NCBI RefSeq assembly: GCF_046119375.1
Contig: NW_027362767.1
Span: 424,700,001-424,764,000, forward strand
DNA length: 64,000 nt
Source: Phyllobates terribilis
Taxonomy: Eukaryota
Direction of reading: 5' to 3'
The position numbers were made by a program, and so were the translations under genes. Positions 30,306-43,102 of the stretch are shown one piece after another. How positions within the stretch are numbered: the stretch's first letter is position 1; each line of letters starts with the position of its first letter. Under the pieces are notes generated by a model that saw only the letters and a list, made by a program, of their open reading frames with translations, did not search any database and was not told where the DNA came from.

Positions 30306-30892
30306 GGTAAAAGTTACCTATAAACAATAGAGGACATGGTCCGATGAGCTGACGGAGGGACTGACCATGACCCGGCAGCGCTCATGTATATACGAGCTGG
30401 CGCCATTAGTCACTGGCACACGCTGCTTACGCTGGCCCCGAGGCATCTCACAGCGATGTGAGGAATGACTTCCCTGCACCCCCTGCCAGTCTCCCAGTAA
30501 GCGCAGCACCACATCCACACACAGGGGGGCGCTCTCACTGTGTTTTCCTGGCAGTCTCAGGCTACATCTAATTTTATCAGCTTGAAGTCAAGTGACCGCA
30601 CGCCCTAAACATATTAACCCTTCATCAGCTGCAGACACAGCCGGTCCGCATCTACCAAACCCAAATGCTCCATTATTAACCCATTACTTGCCAACTAATA
30701 AACAGGCTGCGCTAATAGTTAACTCTTTACCTGCTTCCAAATGCTTCCGTATTAACCATGCATCTCTCTACTTTTTAATTCCACTGTATTAACCCATTAG
30801 GCGTCACTAGAGTGGTGGCGTAACTCACAGTGGGTCACTAACCTGTTAGGTGTAGTGCTGTGGAGCGACCACTGCCGTCAAGGTACCAAACA

Positions 30893-32350
30893 GAGCCCCC
30901 GAGGCTCCAGATCACACCACCACACAGATACAGCACCAGGCAGAGCCCCCGCGGCTCCGGATCACAACATCCCACAGATACAGCACCAGGCAGAGCCCCC
31001 GAGGCTCCAGATCACACCACCACACAGATAAAGCACCAGGCAGAGCCCCCGAGGCTCCAGATCACACCACCACACAGATACAGCACCAGGCAGAGCCCCC
31101 GAGGCTCCAGATCACACCACCACACAGATACAGCACCAGGCAGAGCCCCCGCGACTCCGGATCACACCACCACACAGATACAGCACCAGGCAGAGCCCCC
31201 ACGACTCCGGATCACACCACCACACAGATACAGCACCAGGCAGAGCCCCCGAGGCTCCAGATCACACCACCACACAGATACAGCACCAGGCAGAGCCCCC
31301 GCGACTCCGGATCACAACACCCCACAGATACAGCACCAGGCAGAGCCCCCGAGGCTCCAGATCACAACACCCCACAGATACAGCACCAGGCAGAGCCCCC
31401 ACGGCTCCGGATCACAACACCACACAGATACAGCACCAGGCAGAGCCCCCGCGACTCCGGATCACACCACCACACAGATACAGCACCAGGCAGAGCCCCC
31501 GAGGCTCCAGATCACACCACCACACAGATACAGCACCAGGCAGAGCCCCCGCGGCTCCGGATCACAACACCCTACAGATACAGCACCAGGCAGAGCCCCT
31601 GCGACTCCGGATCACAACACCCCACAGATACAGCACCAGGCAGAGCCCCCGAGGCTCCAGATCACAACACCCCACAGATACAGCACCGGGCAGAGCCCCC
31701 ACGGCTCCGGATCACAACACCACACAGATACAGCACCAGGCAGAGCCCCCGCGACTCCGGATCACACCACCACACAGATACAGCACCAGGCAGAGCCCCC
31801 GAGGCTCCAGATCACACCACCACACAGATACAGCACCAGGCAGAGCCCCCGCGGCTCCGGATCACAACACCCTACAGATACAGCACCAGGCAGAGCCCCT
31901 GCGACTCCGGATCACAACACCCCACAGATACAGCACCAGGCAGAGCCCCCGAGGCTCCAGATCACAACACCACACAGATACAGCACCAGGCAGAGCCCCC
32001 ACGACTCCGGATCACAACACCACACAGATACAGCACCAGGCAGAGCCCCCGCGGCTCCAGATCACACCACCACACAAATACAGCACCAGGCAGAGCCCCC
32101 GTGGCTCCGTGCCACACCAACCCCACAGATACAGCACCAGGCAGAGCCCCCGTGGCTCCGTGCCACACCAACCCCACAGATACAGCACTAGGCAGAGACC
32201 CCACGGCTCCGGATCACACCACCCCACAGATACAGCACCAGGCAGAGCCCCCGCGGCTCCGGATCACACCACCACACAGATACAGCACCAGGCAGAGCTC
32301 TCGGAGGCTCCAGATCACAACACCCCTCAGACACAGCATCAGGCAGAGCC
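30893..32350. repeat. 50-bp minisatellite, ~29 copies
   Basis: Unit cagagcccccg(a/c)ggctcc(a/g)gatcacaccaccacacagatacagcaccagg. Confidence 0.97.
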
Positions 32351-33199
32351 CCCCAACCCCAGTATAGGTGGGCGCCAAACGTGGTGTACTGACTTCACAT
32401 GCCCTATTAACCCACACTGCCCAGAAACGTACAGACTGATATATAATGTTAGAACTTTCGCATGTTACTGCATAAATTCTGGGAGTTATGGACAGGACCA
32501 TAAGGAGTTAACCCCACGCTTTTTGCGCTCTACGTCCTTTCAGATATAAATCTAATCTCCCCATCGATCAGATCCTTCGCTACAGCGCGATCCCCCCAAA
32601 CCATCAGAGGAAGAATAAATGGAAGTGATAGATGGACAGACAGGACGCGAGCGCTCTCATCTTACTCTGTGGCGTCTCATTCTCCTCCTGGGATGTGTGC
32701 GCTCTCTAGGCTCTAGTTTCTTCTCTCTGGATGTCTCATTGTGGTATCCAGACACCTGGCCGCTACATATGGGCTTCCCGCTTACCTGTCTCTGATCTGT
32801 CACCCTGGGGTCAAGTATGGAGGGTCTCTCTCGCTGACCAGTGTCCCTGTCTGCACAGATCTTGTGATCTCAGGTATAGGCGCACTCTCTTCATCCGTAT
32901 ATATCTGTATGGAAGTACTCGGGGCACTCACTTACACCCAGGGTCTGCTACCTCTCTCCCTGCAGTTTCGCACTGACAGTCTTGTGGCTGTCACCATGCA
33001 GTCCGTTATAGGATGTCTCTCTACAGCACAGCGCTCTCTTAGCTCCTTGTCCTATTCTCTCCCCATTGTATACATTCTCACCATGTGACAGTCTTTTATC
33101 TGTCCTATGGGGGAGGTCACCATATCGGATGGCGCTCTCCAGCAGTGCACTTAGAGCACTCTCTAAGCCCCTGCAGTCTCTCTAGTGCTGACTGTCCAT

Positions 33200-33750
33200 C
33201 TTGTGCTCGCTCTCTGGCCAGTGTCTCCCCTGCCCTCTCTCTGCTGTCTGTCCCTCTGACTGTGCAGTCTCTCCCCTGCTCAGTGTCTGTCTCTCTCTGA
33301 CAGTGCAGTCTCTCCCCTGCTCTCTCTCTCTGCTGTGTTTGTCTCTCTCTCACTGTGCAGTCTCTCCCCTGCTCTCTCTCTCCGACTGTGCAGTCTCTCC
33401 CCTGCTCTCTCTCTGCTCAGTTTCTGTCTCTCTCTGACTGCAGTCTCTCCCCTGCTCTCTCTCTGCTCAGTGTCTGTCTCTCTCTCACTGTGCAGTCTCT
33501 CCCCTGCTCTCTCTCTCTCTCTCTGCTCAGTGTCTGTCTCTCTCTGACTGTGCAGTCTCTCCCCTGCTCTCTCTCTCTGCTTTGTCTGTCTCTCTCTGAC
33601 TGTGCAGTCTCTCCCCTGCTCTCTCTCTACTCAGTTTCTGTCTCTCTCTCTGACTGCAGTCTCTCCCCTGCTCTCTCTCTGCTCAGTGTCTGTCTCTCTC
33701 TGACTGCAGTCTCTCCCCTGCGCTCTCTCTGGTCAGTGTCTCTCTCCCTC
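33200..33750. repeat. CT-rich degenerate repeat
   Basis: Recurring tgcagtctctcccctgctctctctc...ctcagtgtctgtctctc. Confidence 0.85.
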
Positions 33751-33789
33751 CCTTGTTTACACTGACTGCAGTCAGCAGATGCTCCTAGT

Positions 33790-33885
33790 AGACCACGCCC
33801 CCCTGTACCGTTGCGTCACTTCCGGCTGACGCTGTCCATCAGCCAAGAGGGCTTCCTTAGTAACCAAGCCTTAGCAACCGGGTGG
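33790..33885. promoter_or_regulatory. Candidate core promoter between head-to-head PPT2 and CRAT-like genes
   Basis: Within ~90 bp of unique CpG-containing sequence: GC box CCACGCCCCC (33793), overlapping CRE/ETS TGCGTCACTTCCGG (33812-33825), and two RFX-like half sites CTTAGTAAC and CTTAGCAAC (33856-33878). Confidence 0.55.
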
Positions 33886-34578
33886 GATGCACTGATAGTA
33901 AACTGTGGGGTCCTATGTGCAGTGTGAAATGGTTATAAGAGCTGCACCCCATAACTGTGTGTATATATATCACCACAGCTCACAACTTGGAAAGTTAAGA
34001 CAGTTGGTTCCCTAACCACTCTCAGTCCGTTATATGCTCCCACGCAAAAATAATCCACTAGTCATAGTGGACTCGTAGCCCATTAGAGTTCCCCCACAGT
34101 GTGACACCCCTTTCATGACCCCCACACTCCACCCACACAGTATAATGCCCTCACAGTCCCCCACACACAGTATTCCCCAAACTGCTCCCTATATACAGTA
34201 TGATGCCCCCACAGTCCGCCACACACACTGCTCTTATATATAGTATGATGCCCCCACAGTCCGCCACACACACTGCTCTTATATATAGTATGATGCCCCC
34301 ACAGTCCGCCACACACACTGCTCTTATATACAGTATGATCCCCCACAGTCCCCCACACACACTGCTCTTATATACAGTATGATACCCCACAGTTCCCCCA
34401 TAAGCAGTATAATGTCTCCACATATCCCTATATACAGTATGATGCCCCCACACACAGTGTGATGTCTCTACATCCCCCTGTATACAGTATGATGCCCCCA
34501 CACACAGTATGATGTCTACATCCCCCTATATACAGTATGATGCCCCCACACAGTGTGATGTCTCTACATCTCCCTATA

Positions 34579-37500
34579 CAGTTATGCTCAAAAGTTTACA
34601 TACCCCGGCCAAATTTTTGCTTTCTTGGAATTGTTTCAGAGAATATGAATGATAATAAAAAAAAACTTTTTCTACACTCATGGTTATTGGTTGGGCGAAG
34701 CAATTTATTGTCAAACTACTGTGTTTTCTCTTTTTAAATCTTAATAACAACCAAAAACATCCAAATGACCCTGATCAAAAGTTCACATACCCTGGTGACT
34801 TTGGCCTGATAACATGCACAGAATTTGACACAAATGGCTTTGAATGGCTACTAAAGGTAACATCCTCACCTGTGACCTGTTTGCTTGTAATCAGTGTGTG
34901 TGCATAAAAGCTGAGTGATTTTCTGGGATCCAGACAGACTCTTGCATCTTTCATCCAGCCACTGACGTTTCTGGTTTGTGAGTCATGTGGAAAGCAAAAG
35001 AATTGTCAACGGATCTACTGGAAAAGGTAGTTGAACTGTATAACGCAGGAAAGGGATACAAAAAAATATTCAAGGAATTGATAATGCCACTCAGCAGCGT
35101 TCAAACTGTGATTAACAAATGGAAAATCAGCGGCTCTGTAAAAACCAAACCACGGTCAGGTAGACCAACAAAAATTTCAGCCACAACTGCCAGGAAAATT
35201 GTTTGGGCTGCAAAAAAAACCCACAAACAACATCAGCTGAAATTCAGGACTCTCTGAAAACTATCGGTGTGGCTGTTTCAAGATGCACAATAAGGAGGCA
35301 CCTGAAGAAAAATGGGCTGCATGGTCGAGTTGCCAGAAGAAAGGCATTACTGCGCAAATGCCACAAAGTATCTCACCTACAATACGCCAAACAGCACAGA
35401 GACAAGCCTCAAAACTTCTGGAACAAGATAATTTGGAGCGATGAGACCAAAATTTAGCTTTTTGGCCACAACCATAAAAGTTACATTTGAAGAGAGGTCA
35501 ACAAGGCCTATGATTATTATTATTATTATTATTATTATTCATTTATATAGCGCCATTGATTCCATGGCGAGGTACATAAGGGGTTACATACAAAATAAGA
35601 ATATCACTACAGTAAACAAACTAACAATGATAGACTGGTACAGGGGGAAGAGGACCCTGCCCTTGCGGGCTTACATTCTACGGGAATGGGGAGGAGACAG
35701 TAGGTTGGGGGGGTTGCAGTAGTAGTAGCTTCGGCGTTGTTGAGGAGGCAGTGTGGTCATGGCAGGCTGTAGGCTTTCTTGAAGAGATGGGTTTTCAGGT
35801 TCCGTCTGAAGGATCCAGGTGTGGCGGATAATCGGACGTGTTGAGGCACAGAATTCCAGAGGATGGGGGATATTCGGGAGAAATCTTGGAGGCGATTGCG
35901 TGAGGAACGGATAAGTATGGAGGAGAGAAGGAGGTCGTGGGAGGACTGGAGGTTACGTGAGGGAATATATCGGGAGATTAGTTCAGAGATATACGGAGGA
36001 GAGAGGTTATGGATGGCTTTGTAGGTCAGTGTTAGTAGTTTGAACTGGATGCGCTGGGCAATTGGGAGCCAGTGAAGCGATTTGCAAAGGGGCTTAGCAG
36101 AGGAGTAGTGAGGCGAGAGATGAACAAGTCGTGCAGCAGAGTTGAGGATGGACTGGAGGGGTGCGAGAGTGTTAGCAGGTAGGCCACAGAGGAGGATGTT
36201 GCAATAGTCGAGGCGGGAGATGATGAGGGCATACACAAGCAGTTTAGTAGAGTTAGGGTTGAGGAAAGGACGGATTCTGGAAATATTTTTGAGCTGGAGG
36301 CGACAGGAGGTGGCAAGAGCTTGGATGTGGGATTTGCAGGACAGGGCAGAGTCAAGGGTTACTCTAAGGCAGCGGATTGTTGGTACAGCGGAAAGTGTGA
36401 TGTCATTTATTGTGATAGATAGATCAGGTGGGGAAGATATGCGAGATGGGGGAAAGATAATGAGTTCAGTTTTGTCCACATTGAGCTTGAGGTAGCAGGA
36501 GGAGAAGAAGGAGGATATGGCTGCTAGACATGCTAGGATTCTGGACAGCAGAGAGGTGATGTCTGGGCCAGAGAGGTAGATCTGGGTGTCATCAGCGTAC
36601 AGATGGTACTTGAAGCCATAGGATTTTATGAGCTGTCCCAGGCCAAGGGCATAGATTGAGAAGAGTAGGGGTCCTAGGACAGAGCCTTGAAGGACTCCAA
36701 CAGAGAGGGGGCAGGGTGAGGAGGTAGTGTGGGAGTGGGAGACGCTAAATGTGCGGTTACAAAGGTATGAGGAGATCCAGGATAGAGCAAGGTCTTTGAC
36801 GCCAAAGGAAGAGAGGATCTGCAGTAGGAGGCAGTGGTCAACTGTATCGAAAGCAGAAGACAGGTCAAGTAGAAGGAGTACAGAGAATTGTCTGTTAGCT
36901 TTGGCTGTAAGTAGGTCATTGGTGATTTTGGTAAGGGCAGTTTCGGTGGAATGGTGGGGGCGGAAGCCGGATTGTCGGTTGTCGAAGAGAGAGTTAGATG
37001 AAAAGTGGGAGGAAAGTTCAGCACGAACATGTTGCTCAAGGAGTTTGGAGGCAAATGGGAGCAGCGATATGGGGCGATAGCTGGACAGGGCGGATGGGTC
37101 GAGGGATGGCTTTTTGAGGATGGGCGTGATTGTGGCATGTTTGAAGGCAGCAGGGAAAGTACCAGAGGATAGTGATAGGTTGAAGAGATGGGTTAGGGAT
37201 GGGACGAGTGTGGGGGTGAGGTTGGGGAGGAGGTGGGATGGGATGGGGTCGAGTGCACATGTGGTGAGGTGTGATTTGGAGAGCAGATGATTAAGGTCTC
37301 TTTCCGTGATGTTGGGAAGGGAGATTATAGGAGTAGGGAAGTGCTGTGGAAAACAGAGGGGTTGTGGTGGTCGGACAGTAAAGACTTGCCGTGTTTGGTC
37401 AATCTTGTTTTTGAAGTGTGTGGCAAACTCCTCATCAGAGATGATGGAGGTCGGAGGGGGCAGTGGAGGGCGGAGGAGAGAGTTTAAAGTGTTGAATAGT

Positions 37501-39087
37501 TGTTTGGGGTTGTAGGATAGGGAGGATATGAGGGTTGTGAAGTAGGCCTGTATAGCAGAGGTGAGTGCTGATTTGAATGTGAGCGTTGCTTGTTTGAATG
37601 CGGTGAAGTCATCTTGAGTATGTGTTTTCTTCCAACGCCGCTCCACAACCCTGGACGCTTGTCGAAGCTGTTTAGTGAGGTTGTTGTGCCAGGGTTGCCT
37701 GTTGACTCGTCGCGCTCTGCCATGCATAAGAGGGGCGACCGAGTCAATAGCTGATGCGAGAGTGGCATTGTAGAAAGCAATGGCGCTGTCTGTGTCATGG
37801 AGTGAGGATATGGATGTCAGTGGTAGAACAGAGTCAGAGAGTGTGTGAGTGTCTAGATGTGCAAGGTTTCTGCAGGGGTGTGCTAGTTGCTGGACATGGG
37901 TGACAGGTGAGGAGGACAGGGATGAGAATGTGAGTAGGTGGTGGTCAGATAGGGGTAGGGGGGAGGTTGTGAGGTTAGATAGGGAGCAGAGTCGGGTGAA
38001 GATGAGGTCTAGTGTGTGTCCGTCTGTGTGGGTGGCTGAGGAGGACCACTGAGTAAGTCCAAAGGATGAAGTAAGCGACAAGAGTTTTGATGCTGCTGAC
38101 TGGCAAGCGTCAGTGGGGATGTTGAAATCGCCCATGATGATTGTGGGAATGTCAGCCGAGAGAAAGTGAAGAAGCCAGGTGGAGAATTGGTCGGTGAAGG
38201 CAGTGATCGGGCCCGGGGGTCGGTATATGACAGCCACTTGGAGGTTGGAGGGAGAGTAAATGCGGACAGAGTGGACTTCAAAAGAAGGGAGAATAAGGGA
38301 GGTAAGAGGAGGAGGAGTAGGGCAAAAGATGCAGTTGTTAGAGAGGAGAAGACCCACTCCTCCACCATGTCTGTTTCCAGGGCGAGGAGTGAGGGTGAAG
38401 TGGAGGCCGCCGTGATATGATGAAAGGAACACCATTCCTACAGTAAAGCATGGAGGTGGATCGTTGATGTTTAGGGGGATGTGTGAGCTACAAAGGCACA
38501 GGAAACTTGGTAAAAGTTGAAGGAAAGATGAATGCAGCATGTTATCAGCAAATACTGGAGGCAAATTTGCACTCATCAGCCCGGAAGCTGCGCCTGGGAC
38601 GTACTTGGACGTTCCAACATGACAATGATCCAAAACACAAGGCCAAGTCGACCTGTCATTGGCTACCGCAGAACAAAGTGAAGGTTCTGGAGTGGCCATC
38701 TCAGTCTCCTGACCTCAATATCATTGAGCCACTCTGGGGAGATCTCAAGCGCGCAGTTGATGCTAGACAGCCCAGGAATTTACAGGAACTGGAGGCTTTT
38801 TGCCAAGAAGAATGGGGAGCTTTACCATCTGAGAAAATAAAGAACCTCATCCACAACTACTGAAAAAAACTTCAAGCTGTCATTAATGTTAGAGGGAGCG
38901 ATACACGGTATTAAGAACTGGGGTATGAGAACTTTTGATCAGGGTCATTTGGATGTTTTTGGTTGTCATTAAGATTTGAAAAGAGAAAACACAGTAGTTT
39001 GACAATATCATTATCATTCATATTCTCTGAAACAAGGCCAAGAAAGGAAAAATTCTGTTGGGGTATGTAAACTTTTGAGCACAACTG
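34579..39087 (+). mobile_element. Tc1/mariner transposon (same family as 26066-27709) split by an L2 LINE
   Basis: Same TIRs with TA flanks. Transposase 5' half 34985-35514 and 3' half 38416-38863, interrupted at ggcctatgat. Confidence 0.93.
35515..38415 (-). mobile_element. 5'-truncated L2/CR1-clade LINE (partial APE endonuclease + reverse transcriptase)
   Basis: About 886 uninterrupted codons from ~38414 to the stop at 35757, with [39 protein letters not shown] and YADD. The 3' tail is (AAT)n at 35515-35540. Apparent 6-bp TSD tatgat at 35509-14 and 38416-21. Confidence 0.95.
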
Positions 39088-39464
39088 TATACAGTATGAT
39101 GCCCCACACACAGTGTGATGTCTCTACATCTCCCTATATACAGTATGATGCCCCCACACAGTGTGATGCCTCTACATCTCCCTATATACAGTATGATGCC
39201 CCCACACAGTATGATGTCTCTACATCTCCCTATATACAGTATGATGCCCTCACAGTTCCCCCACACACAGTATTATATCTTCACTGTGCCCAGCACACAT
39301 TATGATGCCCCCACATATTATGATGCTCTCACAACCCCGCCACACACATTATGAGGCTCGCTCAGTCCCACACAGTATGATGTCACCCACAAAATACAAC
39401 GCCCCAGAGCCGCCCACATACAGAATATTATGCCCCATTTGCCTTTGTCCTTCTAGATCCCAGC

Positions 39465-39700
39465 TGTGACGCTAGTCACTACTCACGGACAAGCCATGAT
39501 GCAGGGTAGTCAAACGTTCCGAGGTCAGATACCAAGAGAGCACATAGTAAACTAAAGGGGAAAGACAGAGGCGAAGTCAAGCAACGGTCCGAGATCAGAA
39601 TACCAGGAAGATAGCGGATCAGAGCAAAGAGGCTAGGCAAATGGATGGTCAGAACAAGGTCAGGCAGCAATAGATCAATAAACGGATTGGACGACTGAGC
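39465..39700 (-). mobile_element. Probable LTR fragment
   Basis: Begins tgtgac on the plus strand and has repeated ggtcag/aggcag/cagga blocks typical of reversed amphibian Gypsy LTR ends. No second terminus or TSD seen. Confidence 0.35.
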
Positions 39701-40719
39701 TGTCAGTCACTGTGTCCAGGACACACTGAGCAGAGGAATGGTGACTCCTGTTACTCTGCAATTGGCCGTCTCTGCTGCCCCGTCACATGACTCGAGGTTC
39801 TTGCTAGTGACGGGCAGTCAGTCTGGCTCTATTTGGTGATGTTAGTCATTTGGCTCCACTCATCAAAAACAGACGGCTCTTCTGACTCCCAAACTGATCC
39901 CTATAAAATATTTACCCGCACATTTAAGATAAAGTCAACGCAATCAACCCCCCCCCAAAACCTGTAACCAACCAATGACAGAACATTTTTCAAGCGGGTT
40001 TCATCTGCCGACCACTATCATCGTCCACAGGTGGGACCCGGCTCTTTGTACCGGATCATTTGTAGAGACTGAAGGGTGGAGCAGGGATCTGACGTCTCCA
40101 CCATTGTATTCAACTGTGTCATGAGGACACAGATAGAGTTGAATTCCGGACATACCCCGACCTCCCGAGGAGGCAGGACAGCTCCAAAAATCCAGGACTG
40201 TCCTGCAGAATCCAGGAAGGTTGGGAGGTATGATGCCTGCCATGTGTACATGTGACATATACTATATGAAAAAAAGTATGTGAACCTCCCACATTACATC
40301 CCATTCTAAATTCAAAGGCATCCTGTTATACACCAGGGGCGAGGGGCCCATGTTATGCACTGGGGGCGAGGGGCCGGATGTTATGCATCGGGGGTGAGGA
40401 GTCAGATATTATACACTGTGGGCGAGGGGCCGGATGTTATACACCGGGGGAGAGGGGCTGGATGTTATACACTGGGGACGAGGGGCTGGATGTTATACAC
40501 TGGGGGCGGGGTGCCAGATGCTATATACCGGGGAGAGGGGCTGGATGTTGTACACTGTGGGCGAGGGGCCGGATGTTATACACCGGGGGAGAGGGGCTGG
40601 ATGTTATACACTGGGGACGAGGGGCTGGATGTTATACACTGGGGGCGGGGTGCCAGATGCTATATACCGGGGAGAGGGGCTGGATGTTGTACACTGTGGG
40701 CGAGGGGCCGGATGTTATA

Positions 40720-41787
40720 TGTGGCACCCCAGGGGTCTGGTTTCCACAGTAACAGCAATGTTATGTCTGAGAGCAGGTGGGAGGTCTCTTGGTCAGGAAT
40801 CCTATGCATGCCACACCTCCTGCCCAGTCCTGGGAGGGGAAGAACTTCCCCTGTATAAACCTGGGGCTGAGGCAGGGTTAGAGAGTTCAGAGGGAGAGTT
40901 CAGCCAGGAGGGCTGACAGGGAGCTGTGGCTCCGGCTGGGCCCAGCTCCTGGGCCATGCCAGAAGTAGAGAAGAGAAGAGAAGCAGCTATGGGAAGAAAC
41001 AACAGGAGCTCTGTGGGAGCAGTGTTACAAGGAGTCAGGGGCTGGCAGCTGCAGAGCTCGCCCTGACTGAGAAGATTTCTTACCGGACCCGGAGTCCGAG
41101 GCTGTGGGGACTAACTCCTACCCAGCAGCAGAATCCGTCAGGCAGGGGATTTCAGGTCCTCTGGCCAAGAAACCCGAAGGCACGGTCACACGCATGGGAC
41201 CAGCACCGCTGTCGTGGAGCGGAAGCTACTAGAAGGCCCCGAGTCACCGGCCATACGGGTGAGCACCACACGGTACACTCAGGGACGTGGGCTACTTATA
41301 CCCGCCTCTAGCAAGGTAGCCAGAAGAGTACGGTCAGTTTGGGAGGCCTACAACTCCGCCTGGCCAGGGGAGATCCCATCTGCTCAAGGACTGACCAGGC
41401 CCCGATCGCTAGCCAGTACTCCGGGAGGGTCTATCTTTGTCACCAGTAAAGACCCTGAACTACACCGTACGGTCTCTGAGTGGTTCCTGCTACCCCCATC
41501 ATCCACGTCGGCTGCCCTGAGGCCATACCCCTCCCGTTGGGGGTTATACTATCACGCTGCACAATCCTACCACCGGCCTCAGCGGTCTGCCCTGCAGCAG
41601 CAGCTCCTTAGCTGTACTCAACGGGTGGCGTAGTCGTCCAACATCTACTGCTGATACATCGCCGCTCAGTTTGACTCCCTGGGCACGGACCGGGTCACCG
41701 CCACGAGACTACAACCCTCAACAGATCCGGCTCCGGGTAAGCTCCCGCGTGCGCAACGCAGCGCGACACAGGCCCAGGGGCGCATCA
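40720..41787 (+). mobile_element. Solo LTR (Gypsy-like), copy 1
   Basis: TG...CA termini (tgtggcacccc...ggggcgcatca), 4-bp TSD TATA on both sides, TATA box near 40854, AGTAAA near 41445. It interrupts a 28-bp minisatellite. Confidence 0.8.
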
Positions 41788-42070
41788 TATACACCGGGGG
41801 AGAGGGGCTGGATGTTATACACTGGGGACGAGGGGCTGGATGTTATACACTGGGGGCGGGGTGCCAGATGCTATACACCGGGGAGAGGGGCTGGATGTTG
41901 TACACTGTGGGCGAGGGGCCGGATGTTATACAATGTGGGCGAGGGGCCGGATGTTATACACTGTGGGCGAGGGGCCGGATGTTATACAATGTGGGCGAGG
42001 GGCCGGATGTTATACACTGTGGGCGAGGGGCCGGATGTTATACACTGTGGGCGAGGGGCCGGATGTTATA

Positions 42071-43102
42071 TGTGTCACCCTGGCCTGGATGCCACAAATA
42101 TAATAAAGCTGTGTCTGAGAGCAAGGGGGAGGTTCTCTGGTCAGGGGAACATTAGCATGCAATACCTCCTGTCTCAGGCCAGTAGGGGGAGCAGGCTGCC
42201 CCTATAAAAGCTGGAACTGGGGGCAGGGTTAGGGAGAACTGGACGACCTGTCTCTGGATTGAGAGGTGTCCCAAAGCAGGGAGAGACAGTTGTATTGCAC
42301 CCTAAGAGGACGTGTGGCGGTAGGAGAGTCACAAGCCAGGGACAAGAGGTGAAGTGCGCCTGGCAGACAAAGAACCAAATTTACCAGACTTTGGCGTCTG
42401 AGCTGTGAGGATTCCACGTCCTACAGCAGATAACCAGTCCGCAGGGGACTGTATGTTCCTTGGCCTAAGAAGCCCAGAGGTTCCGCCACACCAGAAGGGA
42501 CCAGCAAAGCAGTACCAGGCCGGGAATAGAAAGGGACCCAAGTTGCAAGCCATACGGGCGAGAAGACACGGTGAGCTCGGGAATGTGGGTTGTTACCCTA
42601 TAAGGAGGAAATAGCCAGAAGGAGCGCAGAAAGCACGGTAGGCCTACACCCTCACCCTGACCAGGGCCAATTTCCCGTTTGCTCTCAGACGTCCAGGCTC
42701 CCCCTCCTAGCCGGGCCTGTTTGTGGGTCAGTTCACCTGTTCTAGTAAAGACCCTGGACTGCAACCTGTTGTCTGTGTGCTCCTTGCTCCTCCAGCACTA
42801 ACGGCGCTGGGACGCCCTACACCATCACCCCCATCTTCTACTATACTGCCCTGGGGCCGCACTCTTCCCGTGGGGAGTCACACTACCCAAGCTGCATACA
42901 CCATCAGCCCCAGCGGTCTGCCTTGCAGCGGCGGTTCGCACTGACCGCAATCCACGGGTGGCGTAGTCGGACATTACCAACAGCGCATGGCAGACTACCA
43001 ATGGTCTGACCACCCTGAGCCACGGAACTGGGTTGCCACTACTACCCGCATCGTTTCCCGATTGCCCGGCTCCGAGTGCCCCACGGCCCAGGGGGCGAGT
43101 CA
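42071..43102 (+). mobile_element. Solo LTR (Gypsy-like), copy 2, related to copy 1 but diverged
   Basis: TG...CA termini, TATA TSD, TATAAAA near 42203, AGTAAA near 42744. Shares blocks with copy 1 (gtctgagagca..ggagg, agtaaagaccctg, ggcccagggg). Confidence 0.8.

Larger units (their letters stand above)
34110..39420. repeat. 33-45-bp minisatellite split by the Tc1/L2 insertion (34110-34578 and 39088-39420)
   Basis: tatacagtatgatgcccccaca core on both sides of the transposon. Confidence 0.85.

Noticed and set aside
30860-32191. 443-aa repetitive ORF
   Set aside because: Translation of the 50-bp tandem repeat upstream of the PPT2 ATG exon; no domain or splice support.
38416-38699. First ~95 aa of the 980-aa LINE ORF
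   Set aside because: Antisense read-through of the Tc1 transposase; the real LINE sequence starts at ~38415.
40720-43102. The two LTRs as the ends of a single provirus
   Set aside because: Each has its own TSD, they are substantially diverged, and only minisatellite lies between them (no PBS, PPT or pol).
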